A DNA stretch of 64,000 nucleotides from Octopus bimaculoides (Eukaryota). Positions 60,721 to 64,000 of the stretch are shown here, piece after piece. The stretch lies in contig NC_069000.1 of NCBI RefSeq assembly GCF_001194135.2, positions 6,300,590 through 6,364,589 of the forward strand. The letters are read 5' to 3'. How positions within the stretch are numbered: position 1 is the first letter of the stretch; each line of letters opens with the position of its first letter. Both the position numbers and the translations under genes were made by a program. The notes under the pieces are model-generated. The model ran no database searches. It worked only from the letters and a program-made list of their open reading frames with translations, and was not told where the DNA came from.

Positions 60721-62065
60721 AATTTTAATTATGTTTATATAAGTTTACCGATAATGGCTTTTTAACACACCGAACTACTTGGTAAAATTACTAATTATTA
60801 ATTTTTACCCTATATCTTTCGTCGTCGTCGTCGTCGTCGTTTAACGTCCGCTTTCCATGCTAGCATGGGTTGGACGATTTGACTGAGGACTGGTGAAACC
60901 AGATGGCTACACCAGGCTCCAGTCTGATTTGGCAGTGTTTCTACAGCTGGATGCCCTTGAATATATATATATGTTAAACGATGATGACAACGATATATGT
61001 AAAATGGCAAGGGTATGGCTGTGTGGTAATGAAGTCTGCTTCCCGGCCACACGGTTCCTGGTTCAGTCCCGCTGCATGAAACCTTGGGCAAGTGTCTCCT
61101 TCTACTATAGCCTCGGACTGTAGCCTCAATCCTTGTAAATGGATCTGGTAGATGGAAACTGAAAGAAACTTTTCATGTGTATACATCTCCATAACTTAGC
61201 TATTCAACAAAAGCGAGTCTCATCTGCTATGATCTATGTATGTACTTTTTTGCAGTATTTCGTGTTGTAACATGACATCCATATTAAGTTGGATAGATAG
61301 ATATGTAAGTATGTATATGTAATCAAACCTCAAAGACACTGGTGTTAGTCTACGTTGATAAGACTTGTATTTAGTAAAATTGATTAAAAGAATGCAGTGC
61401 AATCGTCTTTTGACATGGAAAATCCCACATTTCAGATTTTGGAGAGTCCTTTAGGGAAACTCTGTTGTTTCTTTTAAATTTCAGTCTTGTCCCTTTTCCC
61501 ATGAGGAAGCACTCTGAAATGTTTGGGTTTTTTCTACTCCTCTCCGCAAGTTCACTGTGTTGTTTTCATCGATTTTAGGATATTTATAGATGTGAGTGTG
61601 TGTGTGTACACAATGTATATGATATATGTGAATATAGCTGTGTGGTTAGAAAGCTTGCTTCTCAGCCACAGAGTTTTGGGTTCAATCGCACTGTTTGGCA
61701 CCTTGGGCAAGTGTCTTCTGTTATAGCCTTAGGCTGACCGAAGCCTTGTGATTGAATATGGTTGGCAGAAGTTTCCACCGTGTGTGTGAAAGCGTGCCCC
61801 CTAACAGAGAGGAGCGAAAGCATACATACAGAAACCAGCTCTTTCTCTATTGGCAAGAAATCTTGAAATAAAACTAGAAAATGACACACACAAACGAAGG
61901 GCTTTAGTACTACTTCCACCTGCCAATTTTACTGAAGGTGTTCATTGGCCAACTTGAAGCTAAAGTAGACAATCTATGGCCAAGGCTCCATGTGGTGAGA
62001 TAGAACCTGAAACCCTGTGGTTATGAGCCAAACTTTGCTATCACATCACTATACTTGTTTCTATA

Positions 62066-62108
<43 letters not shown>

Positions 62109-62575
62109 AATCCATAACATCACTAGTGTACATTGAGCAAGTTAAGGAGTTATTTCAGGGAAGGTGAGTTTGTTCTGTTGTTGTTGGAGTAAGATACTAT
62201 TGGCAACCAACAAAGATATTCTTGTAACCTCTTTTCTCAACTGTGTGCTTTCAACACACATATATATGTATGCATACATATATGCATGCATGTATATATA
62301 TATGTATGTGTATGTGTGTATATATATATATATATATATTCACACATGCATACACATCTACCTATCAGGTAAGTTCAATATATTTTCTGTTGTGCAAATT
62401 CTCTTTAAATCTTTCCCTCTATAGTCTGATTGTCTGCATATATATACATATATATATACACATACTGCAGATGAATTCTTTTATTATCAGCACATTGCTT
62501 CAGAGGGATGAGCTGTTTGTTTCAATGCCTACTGCCTATGCTGATTTATTTAACTATTTACTTGAACCACATGCC

Positions 62576-62641
<66 letters not shown>

Positions 62642-62645
<4 letters not shown>

Positions 62646-62768
62646 GTGTCCACAAAGTCTGGGTACATGGGGATTAACACATACTTTAAGAAATTATTAT
62701 TTCTTATATTTAATTGTTTATGCAATGATTTTATTTACTTCATGTACCCACACCTTGTGGACACCCTG
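62642..62768. mobile_element. Tc1/mariner-type MITE, 127 bp
   Basis: 28-bp TIRs CAGGGTGTCCACAAAGTCTGGGTACATG / CATGTACCCACACCTTGTGGACACCCTG. Confidence 0.8.
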
Positions 62769-62998
62769 TGTATATATATATATGTGTGTATATATATATA
62801 TATATATGATCTTGTGTTCTCTCTCTCACTAACCCAAATATTTCTATTTTACTTTTGTAATGTTTGAAGTTCTTTCTTACCAAATTCTTGTTCTTGGTGT
62901 TTTTCATCTTTTTCTTTTTATTTCTTTACTCACCATCTTGTCATTTACGCTGTTCCATACTAACTTTTTTTATCATATTCTTCTTCCATACTTTTCAG

Positions 62999-63160
62999 GC
63001 TCGGAATTTGGTGGTTCTACAATACTCAATCTGCAGTTATCTAACTTCTTCCTTTCTTTCCTTTTTTTCATTTTAACCATTCTTTCTTTCTGTCTTTCTC
63101 TCAGCTTTCAGCTCAGAATATTTCAATTAAACTTTACTAAAATCATAAAATTTAGTGATG
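62999..63160 (+). CDS. Candidate downstream alternative exon (GSEFGGSTILNLQLSNFFLSFLFFILTILSFCLSLSFQ...), boundaries uncertain
   Basis: Perfect TACTAAC branch point at 62958-62964, pyrimidine tract, CAG at 62996-62998. Phase-1 donors are possible after 63010, 63013 or 63160 (G|GTAAAC). Confidence 0.25.
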
Positions 63161-63204
63161 GTAAACTTCCAAACGAACCATTACAAAAATCAGTCGCATT
63201 CATT

Positions 63205-63263
<59 letters not shown>

Positions 63264-63285
63264 GCTATTATTATTATTATTATTA

Positions 63286-63641
63286 CTAGCTGCCCCCGTG
63301 CCATCAAAATTGATGGCTAATTGTAGTATTTTATATATAAATATGAACAGTAAATCAAATCGAGACACCTGTCAATGTTACTGAAAGAAAGCTGGTTCAC
63401 ACATACAAACATTCACATACTTCCCTGGCACAGTCACACACAAATACTCACACAAAGTTGAAATGCTGTTTGATTCTTCTTTTCAGCATTGAATGTTCAC
63501 CATCCCACTTCCACACAGTCGAAACGCTCCCACCACCAGCTTACTGTCACCCCTTCCTTCCTTATTCATCTATCACCCCACCTCCTTCTCTCATTCATAT
63601 GTTGTAATGGAGAAAAATTACTAGAGTATTATTATAGTAGA
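63286..63641 (-). mobile_element. Non-autonomous Helitron
   Basis: Minus strand: A|TCTACTATAATA 5' end; 8-bp GC-rich hairpin (63300-63317) 10 nt before a CTAG|T 3' end; no TSD; inserted in an (ATT)n tract. Confidence 0.75.
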
Positions 63642-64000
63642 TTATTGAGCCGGCAGAATCGTTGGCATGCCAAATGAAATGCTTAGCTGTATTTCACTCA
63701 TCGCGACATTCTGAGCTCAAATTCCGTTATGGTTGACTTTGCCTTTCATTGTTTCAGGGCCAATAAATTAGGGGTCGATGTAATCAACTAGTCCCCTCCT
63801 CCACCACCAAATTTCAGGCCTTGTGCCTATATTAGAAGGGATTATTATTATTATTATTAATGCAGTGAGCTGGCAGAATTGTTAGCACGCTGGGCAAAAT
63901 GCTTAGCTCCATTTCATCTGGGTTCAAATGTTCCGGGTTCAAATTCTGTTGGGATCAACTTTGCCTTTTGTCTTTTCGGGGTCTATAAACTAAGTATCAG

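Noticed and set aside
5308-62867. Most ORFs in the supplied track (poly-X, YIYI, THTH, CVCV, SLSL, poly-L/N)
   Set aside because: Read-through of N gaps, microsatellites and low-complexity DNA; no coding evidence. No prokaryotic features such as CRISPR arrays or operons were seen.

Overview
AT-rich, microsatellite-dense animal genomic DNA from a draft assembly with 10 N-gaps. The repeat complement (tRNA-derived SINE families, RTE LINE tails, maT and mariner relics, hAT and piggyBac-type MITEs, a Helitron) suggests a coleoid cephalopod, probably Octopus (inference). One gene dominates the window on the + strand: an NCAM / Fasciclin II / apCAM-type adhesion molecule. I spliced it by hand into 13 frame-consistent GT-AG exons (844-16179, 2070 nt) encoding 5 Ig and 2 FN3 domains. 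The signal-peptide exon lies upstream of the window. After FN3-2 come five or six small phase-1/phase-1 exons (27, 30, 63 or 90, 39 or 48, 123 and possibly 9 nt) that could build a combinatorial membrane-proximal stalk. A terminal exon encoding a GPI-anchor signal follows (42212-42318). No NCAM-type transmembrane exon was found. The most notable observations are the stalk microexon cassette (with a Tyr-sulfation-like EYPDEYVDEY exon and a possible secreted-isoform donor), an ~800-bp foldback hairpin in a TE-free stretch downstream of the GPI stop, a multi-helix structured island between the first two microexons, loss of the canonical second Cys in Ig2, and a degenerate minimal hammerhead ribozyme. 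All splicing, editing and structure claims are predictions from sequence alone.
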